DNA from: an uncultured bacterium
GTDB lineage: Bacteria; Abyssobacteria; SURF-5
Reading direction: 5' to 3'
Assembly (NCBI GenBank): GCA_964607485.1
Contig: CAZSKP010000055.1
Location: forward strand, 1 to 25,254
Length of the DNA stretch: 25,254 bases
Made by a program: the position numbers and the translations under genes. A model generated the notes under the pieces. That model saw only the letters and a list, made by a program, of their open reading frames with translations. It was not told the origin of the DNA and did no database searches. This document shows, piece after piece, positions 8,645-16,954 of this stretch; position 1 is the first letter of the stretch; the number at the start of each line of letters is the position of its first letter.

Positions 8645-11041
8645 CTATCCGCAGACGCACATCTCCGTCCGACGGATGATTTCTTCCTGGGTTCCGAGCG
8701 ACAGGTCGACAAAGCGGGCGCTATAACCTGTCACGCGGACAATCAGGTCTTCGTATTTCTCAGGATGTTTCTGCGCGTCGCGGAGCGTTTCGGCGTCGGC
8801 GACGGTGATCTGCAAGTGCTGCCCTCCCATCTTGAAGTAGGATTTCAGCATCGAAGCGAACTTGCCGACCTGGTCCCTCGTGCGAAAGAGCGACGGGTTG
8901 AATCGCATATTGAGCGACCCTCCGCCGGCCACCTTGCTATAGTCGATAGCAGCCATGGAACGGAGCATCGTCGTCGGGCCATCGCGGTCCATGCTCGATG
9001 TGGGACCCGAGCCGGGACTCAGCATCTCTCCCGCATGCCGGCCGTCGGGCGTGGCCGCCACCATAGAGCCCTGATATACGTGGTGGGCCTCAGAGTGCGC
9101 TCCCAGCAGGTGCAGACCCCCGCGATAACTCAACGGCTGCGCCCTCAGAGTCTCGTCCATGTAGTCAACAATATCTCTGGCGATTGCATCGGTCTGCTCA
9201 TGGCCGTTCCCGAACTTGGGGGCGTGGTTGATCAACATCTGCCGTTCCTGCTCACTCTCTTCGAAATCCGTCTTGATCCAATCAACCACCTCATCCAGCG
9301 AGTGCGTCTTCTTTTCATAGACGACTTCCCTGATTGCAGCCAGCGAATCCACCGCCGTGCCCAGGCCGACAAGGCTCACGCCGACTTCGTTGTAGCGAGT
9401 GCCTCCCGCCTTCACGTCTTTGCCCGATTCCATCGGCCCCTTGGACAGGGCCGAAATGATCGGGTTGGGAAGATGGCGGTGATGCACCCTGCCCACCACT
9501 TTCATTGCCAGCGCGACGTGCTCGACCACGTGCTTGAGCATCTCCTTGTAGGCGCCGAACAGCTCGTCGAATGAGGTGAACGCGGGAGTGGGCAAATCGT
9601 CCTCGTCGCCCATAATCGAGATGATCGGCTTGCCTCCATTGAGCGTCATCTCGAGAATCTTGGGCGCGTTCATGAAGGCCGAGCAGTTCGGGCCGTACAT
9701 GCCCGCCGGCACAGGCTGCACACAGCCGCCGATGATGTAGTCGCGTGAGTCTTCCAGCGACAATCCCAGTCGGGTAAAGCCCGGGATGATGACCTCGTCG
9801 TTGAATACTTCCACAACGTTGCCGCCGTTGGTCATCAGCTCGGACACCGCTTTCACAAACGCATCCGGCGAGCCACCATGCAAGCGCACCGCGAGGTTCG
9901 GGCTGAGAAGCCTCAGGTTGTCCATCGCCTCGAGGAACAGGTACGACAGCTCGTTTGTCGCGTCGTTGCCGTCCCTGTCCACACCGCCGATCGTGAGTGT
10001 GTATCGCGTGGAGTTGCCGTCGTTGACCTTCGTGACCGCATATTCGACCAGGAAAGGAGTGCGCGCGCAATTGACGAAGAACTCCTCGATCAGTTCGAGC
10101 GCTTCATCGCGCGTCAGCCGGCCTTCGTCGATATCTTTTCGGTAGTAGGGGGAGAGAAACTGGTCGGCCCGGCACAGCGGAAGCTCCATGCCCATATCGA
10201 GTTGCTGCAGCGCGACGAAAGTGAACCAGTACGCCTGCAACGCTTCGTGGAAGGTGCGCGCGGGTTTGGCCGGAACGTGGGCGCAGACCTCGGCGATCTC
10301 GTTGAATCTGCTTCTGCTCTCCTGCGAAGATGACTTGACTGCAAGGTATTGGGCCAATTGCGAGTAGCGGGAGCCCAGCAGGATCACGCCCTCGGCGTAT
10401 GTGACGACCGATTTGTAGAATGTCCGCTTCTCCTCTGCCTCGGGGTCGCTATCGGAGATGCGAGCCATGTTCGTTTCGGCCTCTTCGATTATCCCGTCAA
10501 AACCCTGCGTTATGGCTTTGCCGTAATCGATGTAGCCCAATTGGTTCGCTCCGGCGAAGTCGTTCTCGACGACCATCGCGATGCTTCGCATCAAGAATTC
10601 GGTCTCCTCGCCGATGTTCTCCTTTGTGAAGCAATCATCATAGGCGCTGGCGCCGTCCCAGAAGGGAAATATCTCTTCGCGCAGCGTGTGCTTCTCTTCG
10701 TCCGAGATCATAAACCGCACATATGGCCGCTCGGTGAACGTGTCCAGCTCCTTGATCAGGCTCGAGCTCTTGACTTCGGGATACATCACGGCGCCCTTGA
10801 ATTTTTCCGTGATGTTGCCGACAATGCGCTGATCCTCGGAGATCGACAGCGGAAGCTTTTTGAAAGTCTCCTTCACTCCGAGAGCCAACTGGAAGGCGCG
10901 CGGAAGGTCGGGATTGTCCCGTATTGCCTTGGTTATCTCTCGGGCTCGAATCAGGCCCACCTCCATCGGCGCATCGATGACTCGCCGACGCATGCTTCGA
11001 AGTCTGTCAGACAATGTTCTCGTTTCGGTTGCCGTTGTCAT
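8645..11041 (-). CDS. Glycyl radical enzyme (PFL2/eliminase-like size), substrate unknown
   Basis: 798 aa. Glycyl loop RVTGYSARF (Gly772), thiyl loop GGCVQP (Cys440), plus PARTFHEALQ, TIGG, PKFGN and ATPDGR. AAGGAGG RBS. Confidence 0.95.
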   Translation of the reverse strand: MTTATETRTLSDRLRSMRRRVIDAPMEVGLIRAREITKAIRDNPDLPRAFQLALGVKETFKKLPLSISEDQRIVGNITEKFKGAVMYPEVKSSSLIKELDTFTERPYVRFMISDEEKHTLREEIFPFWDGASAYDDCFTKENIGEETEFLMRSIAMVVENDFAGANQLGYIDYGKAITQGFDGIIEEAETNMARISDSDPEAEEKRTFYKSVVTYAEGVILLGSRYSQLAQYLAVKSSSQESRSRFNEIAEVCAHVPAKPARTFHEALQAYWFTFVALQQLDMGMELPLCRADQFLSPYYRKDIDEGRLTRDEALELIEEFFVNCARTPFLVEYAVTKVNDGNSTRYTLTIGGVDRDGNDATNELSYLFLEAMDNLRLLSPNLAVRLHGGSPDAFVKAVSELMTNGGNVVEVFNDEVIIPGFTRLGLSLEDSRDYIIGGCVQPVPAGMYGPNCSAFMNAPKILEMTLNGGKPIISIMGDEDDLPTPAFTSFDELFGAYKEMLKHVVEHVALAMKVVGRVHHRHLPNPIISALSKGPMESGKDVKAGGTRYNEVGVSLVGLGTAVDSLAAIREVVYEKKTHSLDEVVDWIKTDFEESEQERQMLINHAPKFGNGHEQTDAIARDIVDYMDETLRAQPLSYRGGLHLLGAHSEAHHVYQGSMVAATPDGRHAGEMLSPGSGPTSSMDRDGPTTMLRSMAAIDYSKVAGGGSLNMRFNPSLFRTRDQVGKFASMLKSYFKMGGQHLQITVADAETLRDAQKHPEKYEDLIVRVTGYSARFVDLSLGTQEEIIRRTEMCVCG

Positions 11042-11074
11042 CCGAATCGCCTCCTTACCGGATCGCTGAAAGGC

Positions 11075-11803
11075 CTACAGCCTTCCCTGCAGCTCCCTGG
11101 CCTTTTCCTTCTGCCTCGACGCGAAGACGGGCCCGTGTTCGGTGATGTCTTGACCCAACACAAACTCGATGTGTTCCCTGGCTTCGGCCTTCTTGCGCCT
11201 GGCGAGCTGGAGTTCGGCCAGCGAGAGGGCAGCCACCGGGCATCCCGGAGCGAGTTCTCGCGCGCGGGTGAGATGCTCGAGCGACTTCTTCTTGCTGCCG
11301 ACGCCGATCGGTTTTGGAGGCGAAAGCCTGTAAAGATTCCCGAGCACCTGGTGAGCCATGGCGTTGTTGTAGGACTCATCAAGCTCGACGGCGCGTTTGG
11401 CATAAGCTTCGATCCTGGGAAGATAATGGAGGATGCTGAGGATGCCCTCCTCCTGCCCGTGAATGCCGAGCATCGCGGCCGCCCAGGCATTCGAATAGAC
11501 ATTTGTGTCGTCCAGCTCCAATGCGCGCTCGGCCAGTTCCGCCCCCTTCTTCGCGATCGCCGTCCGCGTTTTGCTTCCCTCTTCCGCATAGTCGTAACGC
11601 CAGAACTCGACGGCCGCAAGCATGGCGTATATGCGTGACTGCACGGGCGGGTCGGTGACTTTCTCCAAATGTTCCTTCAGCAGGGCCTCGGCTTTGTCGA
11701 GGTTGTTGTTCTCCTCACATCTGTCGATGAATTCATCTACCTTCTCGAACATCGATACGAGTTCTGATTCTGCCGCGTTCACGTCAAGGCTTTTCTGTTC
11801 CAT
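11075..11803 (-). CDS. TPR-like all-helical protein (TatT/RMDN-like), no signal peptide
   Basis: AERALELDD, KRAVELDESY...AHQVLGNLY...P...G...SLEHLTRARELAP repeats. GAGGAGG RBS favours the start at 11803 (MEQKS). Confidence 0.75.
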   Translation of the reverse strand: MEQKSLDVNAAESELVSMFEKVDEFIDRCEENNNLDKAEALLKEHLEKVTDPPVQSRIYAMLAAVEFWRYDYAEEGSKTRTAIAKKGAELAERALELDDTNVYSNAWAAAMLGIHGQEEGILSILHYLPRIEAYAKRAVELDESYNNAMAHQVLGNLYRLSPPKPIGVGSKKKSLEHLTRARELAPGCPVAALSLAELQLARRKKAEAREHIEFVLGQDITEHGPVFASRQKEKARELQGRL

Positions 11804-11894
11804 AACAACTCCTCCTCTCATTTCCTGAATGCCGCGACTGACCCTGGAGTCTCTCACGTCGGAGCACGTCGGCCAACATCCAGCGACCATTGTT

Positions 11895-11916
11895 TTATAT
11901 TGACTGTTCAATATAA
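11895..11916. promoter_or_regulatory. Palindromic operator TTATATTGA-CTGT-TCAATATAA (BetI-box-like)
   Basis: Perfect 9-bp inverted repeat overlapping the -10 and likely start site of the operon promoter. Confidence 0.75.
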
Positions 11917-11941
11917 TATCACAGAATCTTACCTATGTCAA
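11913..11941 (-). promoter_or_regulatory. Sigma70 promoter of the GRE operon
   Basis: TTGACA-17 bp-TATTAT on the minus strand. Confidence 0.8.
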
Positions 11942-12123
11942 GCCCCTGATGGCTTTGCCCGAAATTGGAGATCATGCCAGTTAATGCTCTCACGAGTGAA
12001 TATACATAATCTTCGCATTATAAAGATATTTACGAAACATATATACACAAGCCCTTTTTGCTGCTCTATGGCTGAACCTGGTAGATTCCAGGCGACAAGG
12101 GTGCGGAGAAACAAAGCGACGGC

Positions 12124-12152
12124 TTGCTTTTTTATCTCATACATGATACAAT
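12124..12152 (+). promoter_or_regulatory. Putative sigma70 promoter of the TetR gene
   Basis: TTGCTT-17 bp-TACAAT, with an extended TGn before the -10. Confidence 0.55.
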
Positions 12153-12176
12153 AATGCACGAGAGGAGGTTGCGGCG

Positions 12177-12770
12177 ATGCCCAAAATTGTTGATCACGAG
12201 GCCAGGCGTATGCAGGTCGCGGAGGCCACGTGGCGAGTCATTGCGAGAGAAGGCATAGAATCGACGACTATCGGGGAAATCGCGAAGGAAACAGGATTTT
12301 CGACCGGCATCTTTGCCCACTATTTCAAGAACAAGAAGGAGCTGCTCCTCTATGCGCTCCAGCTGGCCTCATTGCGCATAGGCGCGCGCATGTGGAAGAA
12401 GGGCGAGGAGTCAAGCGGAGGGGAAGTGCTGAGGAATGTGCTGCTCGAGGCGCTCCCTCTCGATGAGGAACGCCGGCTGGAGTGGCAGATCTGGGTGGCA
12501 TTTTGGGGGGGCGCCATAAGCGATGCCGCTATGGCAGAAGAACAAAGGCGCTGGTATATCGAGTATCGAAGCCTCTTAAGAAGTCTGATCCTCGATGGAC
12601 AGCGCAACGGATATTTTCGATCAGACATTAACGCGGAAGAAGAAGTCGATTCAATAATCGCTCTGGTGGACGGTCTTGGGATGCGGGCGACGATGGAGCC
12701 CCAACGATTCCCGCCGAAATACCAGACCGCGCTGCTGGACCGACATCTGTCCTCGCTTCGGCACGGCTGA
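12177..12770 (+). CDS. TetR-family repressor, BetI/PksA-like
   Basis: MPKIVDHEARR start, HTH with IAKETGFSTGIFAHYFKNKKELL, and a BetI-type C-terminus (W..FW, ALVDGL). GAGGAGG RBS. Confidence 0.92.
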   Translation: MPKIVDHEARRMQVAEATWRVIAREGIESTTIGEIAKETGFSTGIFAHYFKNKKELLLYALQLASLRIGARMWKKGEESSGGEVLRNVLLEALPLDEERRLEWQIWVAFWGGAISDAAMAEEQRRWYIEYRSLLRSLILDGQRNGYFRSDINAEEEVDSIIALVDGLGMRATMEPQRFPPKYQTALLDRHLSSLRHG

Positions 12771-12927
12771 CATCGCGCTCCGGCGACACGGAATGCGAAC
12801 ATCACAGGCCGAAACGTACAACTTGCTCGATGGTTCAAATACGGCTCTTGGCAGCCAAGAACTACGTGTTCAAGGTGCAATTCAGAAGGTTGAGGAATTC
12901 AGACATGTCGTCATTCTTCTTTCTGAA

Positions 12928-13177
12928 CTACTCCTTGCGGTCAACGACTCTCGCTTCCATGACAATTCGGCCCCAGCCGCCGCACCGCACCCCGACGTCC
13001 GCGCGCCCGGTTCTCTTGAACAACATTTTGTCCGGGTCAATGCCGGCATAGTACAGCTCATGCACTCCGAAGACTACCTTGTCCAAGCCGGCCAGGGCAT
13101 ACATACAAACTCTCTTCCGGACAACGTTCGGTCAGGAGATTGCCGGCTCCGTCGAAATAGAATTTGTCGCCGACCCT
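12928..13177 (-). pseudogene. 5'-truncated, frameshifted remnant of a small hypothetical protein with a CGGWG motif
   Basis: VGDKFYFDGAGNLLTERCP, then a frameshift near 13118, then KRVCMYALAGLDKVVFGVHELYYAGIDPDKMLFKRTGRADVGVRCGGWGRIVMEARVVDRKE*. Confidence 0.65.
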
Positions 13178-13352
13178 TCTTTTTCAACGAACAATGCCCT
13201 GAGATCAAGACGCTGGGCATTCCTCTGCCGATAGAGCATGCCACTGCTCTCAAATCAAAAACCTGAATTATCTCAAGACGTACGAATGGAGGGACTGCTG
13301 TTAACTTCGAAGAGAATTCATTGGGGTAAGACCCCGACGACAGGAGCTCAAG

Positions 13353-13399
13353 TGGTTGCGGGGGCTGGATTTGAACCAGCGACCTTTGGGTTATGAGCC
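13353..13399 (-). repeat. att-like site: 47-bp copy of the tRNA-fMet 3' half
   Basis: Identical to 680-726 and 16484-16530. Confidence 0.95.
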
Positions 13400-14158
13400 T
13401 TATTTCGCTCATTTCCCTAATCCGCTGAAGGGACTGTAACTTACAGCAATCCCGAGAACTTACCGCGCGGTCTTTGCCAGAGTCGCCTTTCCTATACTTT
13501 CCAAAAAAAGCTTGACAAGTATTCACTTATATGATAAGTAGTTTCTGGTTTTTGGGGGGGAATGTGATTCAACTCAATTGCTTCACATCTGGCACGCTGG
13601 CAGCACATCTGAGAATCCTCACCTTCAGGCATCTCACCACAAAGCCCATGGCCCGTGAGGTCCTTGAATTCTTCTGTTGCCCCAAGAAAGCGGGAGCGCT
13701 TTAAGCGGACGTTTTTCTTGGCGGCGAGTTGCGCTGCGGAAAGGCGGGCTACCCGAGCCGCCGACACGTAACTCCTCTCCAAATCCCGGAAGGGAAATGA
13801 ATCTTGTCTCCAGTGCGCGAAGAAAGCGTCAAGGAGCACCCCGCCTTTGGTGGCGAGCTGTCCCATCCGGCTCCTTTCATTCTCCCATCCCTGTTTCGGC
13901 GGAAGGGATTCTATGTGCAAGCTGTTTCCCTTCTCCCCCATGTCTGCAATTCACGACGTGGACCACCCCAGTTGACAAAAGCAGTTACCTGCCTTGCCTG
14001 AAACAGGAATAAGGAACTTGCGGGCATTGAGATAGAATGGGCCGCTTGTGTGAAGGGGTGTTTCAACTCCCTCTTCCACGATGGAGTCATTGTGTCAAGA
14101 AGCTCAATTTATCGGAAGCAAGACGCAAGTCGGAATCTCTTTAGGAGGTACATCAGAT

Positions 14159-16228
14159 ATGAGACCCAAATATGTGCTACCCTTGTTACTTTGCTGCTTT
14201 CTGTTCCTGATTCCCGTAAACGGCGTCGCAGAATGTCCCGACTGTGGCGACGCCTGTGATCCACTGGGAAATGGGTATGTGCTTATTGAGGAGCAGCTGC
14301 AACCGAGCAGCGTGACCCTTGTGTATGTGCTGAACCCTGGTCCGGAATATATCATGGCGGACTTTTACGGCAGTGGAGCGGTATGGCCTGAAGGCTCCAC
14401 CGAGGCTTTCGGCAGGCAATGGGACCTGTATCCTCTCGGAAGCTATCGTATCAGTGACCTGTCTCAACCGGGATTCGTCACGTGGACCTCCGACGTTACC
14501 GGGCAGTCCTGGGTGGGTCGTGAAGATTGTCGAGTCGGCGCATGGACGTGGGACATATGGACGGGCCCGACTATCGGTGACACCTGGTCCGTGTACGGAA
14601 CGCTCACCACGGTTCCCGACACCGAGGAACTTCCCGCGGGCTACGACTACGTGTGGGAGGCTCACTGGACGGTCACCGCGGTGAGATTCTGCCCCCAAAC
14701 TCTATATCCGGGTGCCCCCCCTCAGTATACCTGTGAGATCGACTTCGGAGTCACGGGTGCATTATATGTCAGGGTAACTCCGGTTGACGAAGACGGCGAC
14801 GGAGCGCTTTCCGACGTGGACTGCGACGACCTGGATTCGAGCGTGTATCCGGGCGCGCCCGAGTTGTGTGACGGGAAGGACAACGACTGCGACCCGACGA
14901 CTTCCGCTGTAGGCGGTGAGGCAGACGCGGATTTGGACGGTTCTCTGTCGTGTGCCGATTGTGATGATGCCAACCCGGGGGTGAATCCCAGCGCTTATGA
15001 ACTTCCGGGGAATGCCATTGACGAAAATTGCGACGGTTCGCTGGGTGACTGCGACGATCCAACCCGCATCTGGAAGAACCACGGTCAGTACGTCAGATGC
15101 GTGGCGCACGAGGTCAACGATCTGGTCGCCCAGGGCGCCATAACCCAGGATGAAGGCGATGGGTTGGTGAGTTCGGCGGCGCAATCCGATACGGGCAAGA
15201 AGGATGGCACAGTCCTAACATCTGAGGAAAGCGCGGCGGCATTGAGCCAACCCACTGACTGCGGCGACGCCTGCGATCCTCAGGGACATGGGTACGTGCT
15301 TATTGAGGAGCAGCTGCAACCGAGCAGCGTGACCCTTGTGTATGTACTGAACCCTGGTCCCGAATATATCATGTCGGACTTTTACGGCAGTGGAGCGGTA
15401 TGGCCTGAAGGTTCCACCGAGGCTTTCGGCAGGCAATGGGATCTGTATCCTCTCGGAAGCTATCGTATCAGTGACCTGTCCCAACCGGGATTCGTCACGT
15501 GGACCTCCGACGTTACCGGGCAGTCCTGGGTGGGTCGCGAAGATTATCGAGCCGGCGCATGGACGTGGGACATATGGACGGGGCCGACTATCGGTGATAC
15601 ATGGTCGGTGTACGGAACGCTCGTCGTAGTTCCCGATACCCAGGAACTCCCCGCGGGCTACGACTACGTGTGGGAGGCCCACTGGACGGTCACCGCGGTG
15701 AGATTCTGCCCCCAAACTCTATATCCGGGTGCTCCTCCTATGTATACCTGTGAGATCGACTTCGGGGTTACGGGCGCATTGTATGTCAGGGTATCTCCCG
15801 TTGACGAAGACGGAGACGGAGCGCTCTCAGATGTGGACTGCGACGACCTGGATTCGAGTGTGTATCCGGGCGCGCCCGAGTTGTGTGACGGGAAGGACAA
15901 CGACTGCGATCCGACGACTTCCGCTGCAGGCGGTGAGGCAGACGCGGACGTGGACGGATTCCTGTCCTGCAACGATTGTGATGATACTGTCGCGGCGGTG
16001 AACCCCGGCGCCTATGAGCTTCCAGGGAATTCCGTCGATGAAAATTGCGACGGCTCGCTGGGTGACTGCGACGATCCCAACCGCATCTGGAAGAACCATG
16101 GCCAGTATGTCCGATGCGTGGCCCACGAAGTGAATGACCTTGTCTCCCAGGGCATCATAACGCAAGATGAAGGCGATGAATTGGTGAAGACGGCGGCCCA
16201 ATCCGATACTGGCAAGAAGCAAGACTGA
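14159..16228 (+). CDS. Secreted protein with MopE-like Cys/Asp metal-binding repeats, made of two tandem units
   Basis: AGGAGG RBS and a signal-peptide-like MRPKYVLPLLLCCFLFLIPVNGVA. DCDDxDxxVYPGAPELCDGKDNDCD repeats. WKNHGQYVRCVAH module present twice. Confidence 0.85.
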   Translation: MRPKYVLPLLLCCFLFLIPVNGVAECPDCGDACDPLGNGYVLIEEQLQPSSVTLVYVLNPGPEYIMADFYGSGAVWPEGSTEAFGRQWDLYPLGSYRISDLSQPGFVTWTSDVTGQSWVGREDCRVGAWTWDIWTGPTIGDTWSVYGTLTTVPDTEELPAGYDYVWEAHWTVTAVRFCPQTLYPGAPPQYTCEIDFGVTGALYVRVTPVDEDGDGALSDVDCDDLDSSVYPGAPELCDGKDNDCDPTTSAVGGEADADLDGSLSCADCDDANPGVNPSAYELPGNAIDENCDGSLGDCDDPTRIWKNHGQYVRCVAHEVNDLVAQGAITQDEGDGLVSSAAQSDTGKKDGTVLTSEESAAALSQPTDCGDACDPQGHGYVLIEEQLQPSSVTLVYVLNPGPEYIMSDFYGSGAVWPEGSTEAFGRQWDLYPLGSYRISDLSQPGFVTWTSDVTGQSWVGREDYRAGAWTWDIWTGPTIGDTWSVYGTLVVVPDTQELPAGYDYVWEAHWTVTAVRFCPQTLYPGAPPMYTCEIDFGVTGALYVRVSPVDEDGDGALSDVDCDDLDSSVYPGAPELCDGKDNDCDPTTSAAGGEADADVDGFLSCNDCDDTVAAVNPGAYELPGNSVDENCDGSLGDCDDPNRIWKNHGQYVRCVAHEVNDLVSQGIITQDEGDELVKTAAQSDTGKKQD
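14240..16219 (+). repeat. Intragenic tandem duplication: 14240-15202 and 15257-16219 (offset 1017 bp)
   Basis: Near-identical DNA and protein from DCGDACDP to SDTGKK in both halves. Confidence 0.95.
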
Positions 16229-16244
16229 AAGCGATCAATCCGGC

Positions 16245-16283
16245 TGAAGCGAGGGCATTCCATTGATGATTGCCCTCGCTTCA
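16245..16283 (+). terminator. 13-bp-stem hairpin after the secreted-protein gene
   Basis: tgaagcgagggca ... tgccctcgcttca. No clear U-tract. Confidence 0.55.
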
Positions 16284-16445
16284 CCACGCTCTTCAATTTC
16301 GTACACGAGGTATATCATCAACAACGTGGCAAGAGAAGTGACGAAATCGTTTCAGTCAGAAGGAAGGTATTGGAGGGGGCAATATGAGAAGGCTTCTTGC
16401 TCTGTTCGTTGTCAGGGTACTAGAGACGTCTTTTGAGGCAGAATA

Positions 16446-16474
16446 AAGGGGACCTGCATTGCTGCAAGTCCCTT
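16446..16474 (-). terminator. Imperfect hairpin downstream of tRNA-fMet
   Basis: aaggggacctgca...tgcaagtccctt, followed by TTTATT on the minus strand. Confidence 0.45.
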
Positions 16475-16483
16475 GAATTTCCT

Positions 16484-16560
<77 letters not shown>

Positions 16561-16565
16561 CTTTT

Positions 16566-16594
16566 ACTATAAGGACGGCAATGTCATTTGTCAA
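16566..16594 (-). promoter_or_regulatory. Sigma70 promoter of tRNA-fMet
   Basis: TTGACA-17 bp-TATAGT. Confidence 0.8.
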
Positions 16595-16645
16595 GTGATT
16601 TCTCCCCGTGGTTTTTCAATCTTTCTCGATTCTGCGCCCGGGTGG

Positions 16646-16674
16646 TTGACACGAATTCTCACCCGGTTTATAAT
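16646..16674 (+). promoter_or_regulatory. Consensus sigma70 promoter
   Basis: TTGACA-17 bp-TATAAT. Confidence 0.85.
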
Positions 16675-16711
16675 TATAGTGATGTATATAGAGGATGTGC
16701 GGAGGTGATCG

Positions 16712-16954
16712 ATGATGCGCACGAGGAACGAACACGACAATCCGAAGAAGCTCTTCAGGGAGCAGGATGACCTCGTGGTTCCCACGGAAGAATCGCCGGA
16801 AAGAGCGGATGAGAAGCTGACATCCGTGAGACGTTCCGAAGTCACGAGCATCGCGCCCGATGACATCAACTGGAACAACGTTTACCTCGGCAAACAGCAC
16901 GGACTGCACAGCATCAAGCCCGAGGTAGATTCTCGCAAAAGAAGAATCGTCTGA
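16712..16954 (+). CDS. Small hypothetical protein (80 aa)
   Basis: Consensus promoter and GGAGGTG RBS directly upstream. Hydrophilic, protein-like composition. Confidence 0.7.
   Translation: MMRTRNEHDNPKKLFREQDDLVVPTEESPERADEKLTSVRRSEVTSIAPDDINWNNVYLGKQHGLHSIKPEVDSRKRRIV

Larger units (their letters stand above)
727..13352. mobile_element. ~12.6-kb tRNA-fMet-integrated island (middle member of a tandem array; no integrase seen)
   Basis: Bounded by identical 47-bp tRNA 3'-half direct repeats with homologous flanks. Accessory cargo inside and gene remnants at both ends. Confidence 0.7.
13400..16483. mobile_element. ~3-kb tRNA-proximal islet carrying one secreted-protein gene
   Basis: Lies between the intact tRNA-fMet and a duplicated tRNA 3' half. 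No integrase recognised. Confidence 0.6.

Noticed and set aside
8645-11041. Naming the GRE pflB, cutC or hypD
   Set aside because: It lacks the PFL Cys-Cys pair and the Cys-X-Glu motif, and the usual pathway neighbours (activase, microcompartment genes, P5C reductase) are absent.
7018-11077. Four consecutive operon genes end in TAG, raising possible pyrrolysine or stop readthrough
   Set aside because: The proteins appear complete at these stops, the following genes have their own RBS, and no pyl genes are in view.
8585-11638. Long plus-strand ORFs (8585-9574, 10349-11638) considered as a hidden GRE activase
   Set aside because: They are antisense to the GRE and TPR genes and have no radical-SAM CxxxCxxC motif.
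680-13399. The 47-bp repeats as extra tRNA genes or a CRISPR array
   Set aside because: They lack the 5' acceptor strand and D-arm, and they are kilobases apart with no repeat-spacer periodicity.
13400-14080. ORFs 13492-13941, 13677-14012 and 13804-14001 as an integrase remnant
   Set aside because: No tyrosine- or serine-recombinase motifs were recognisable in the frames I read. A BLASTX search would be needed to exclude a highly decayed remnant.
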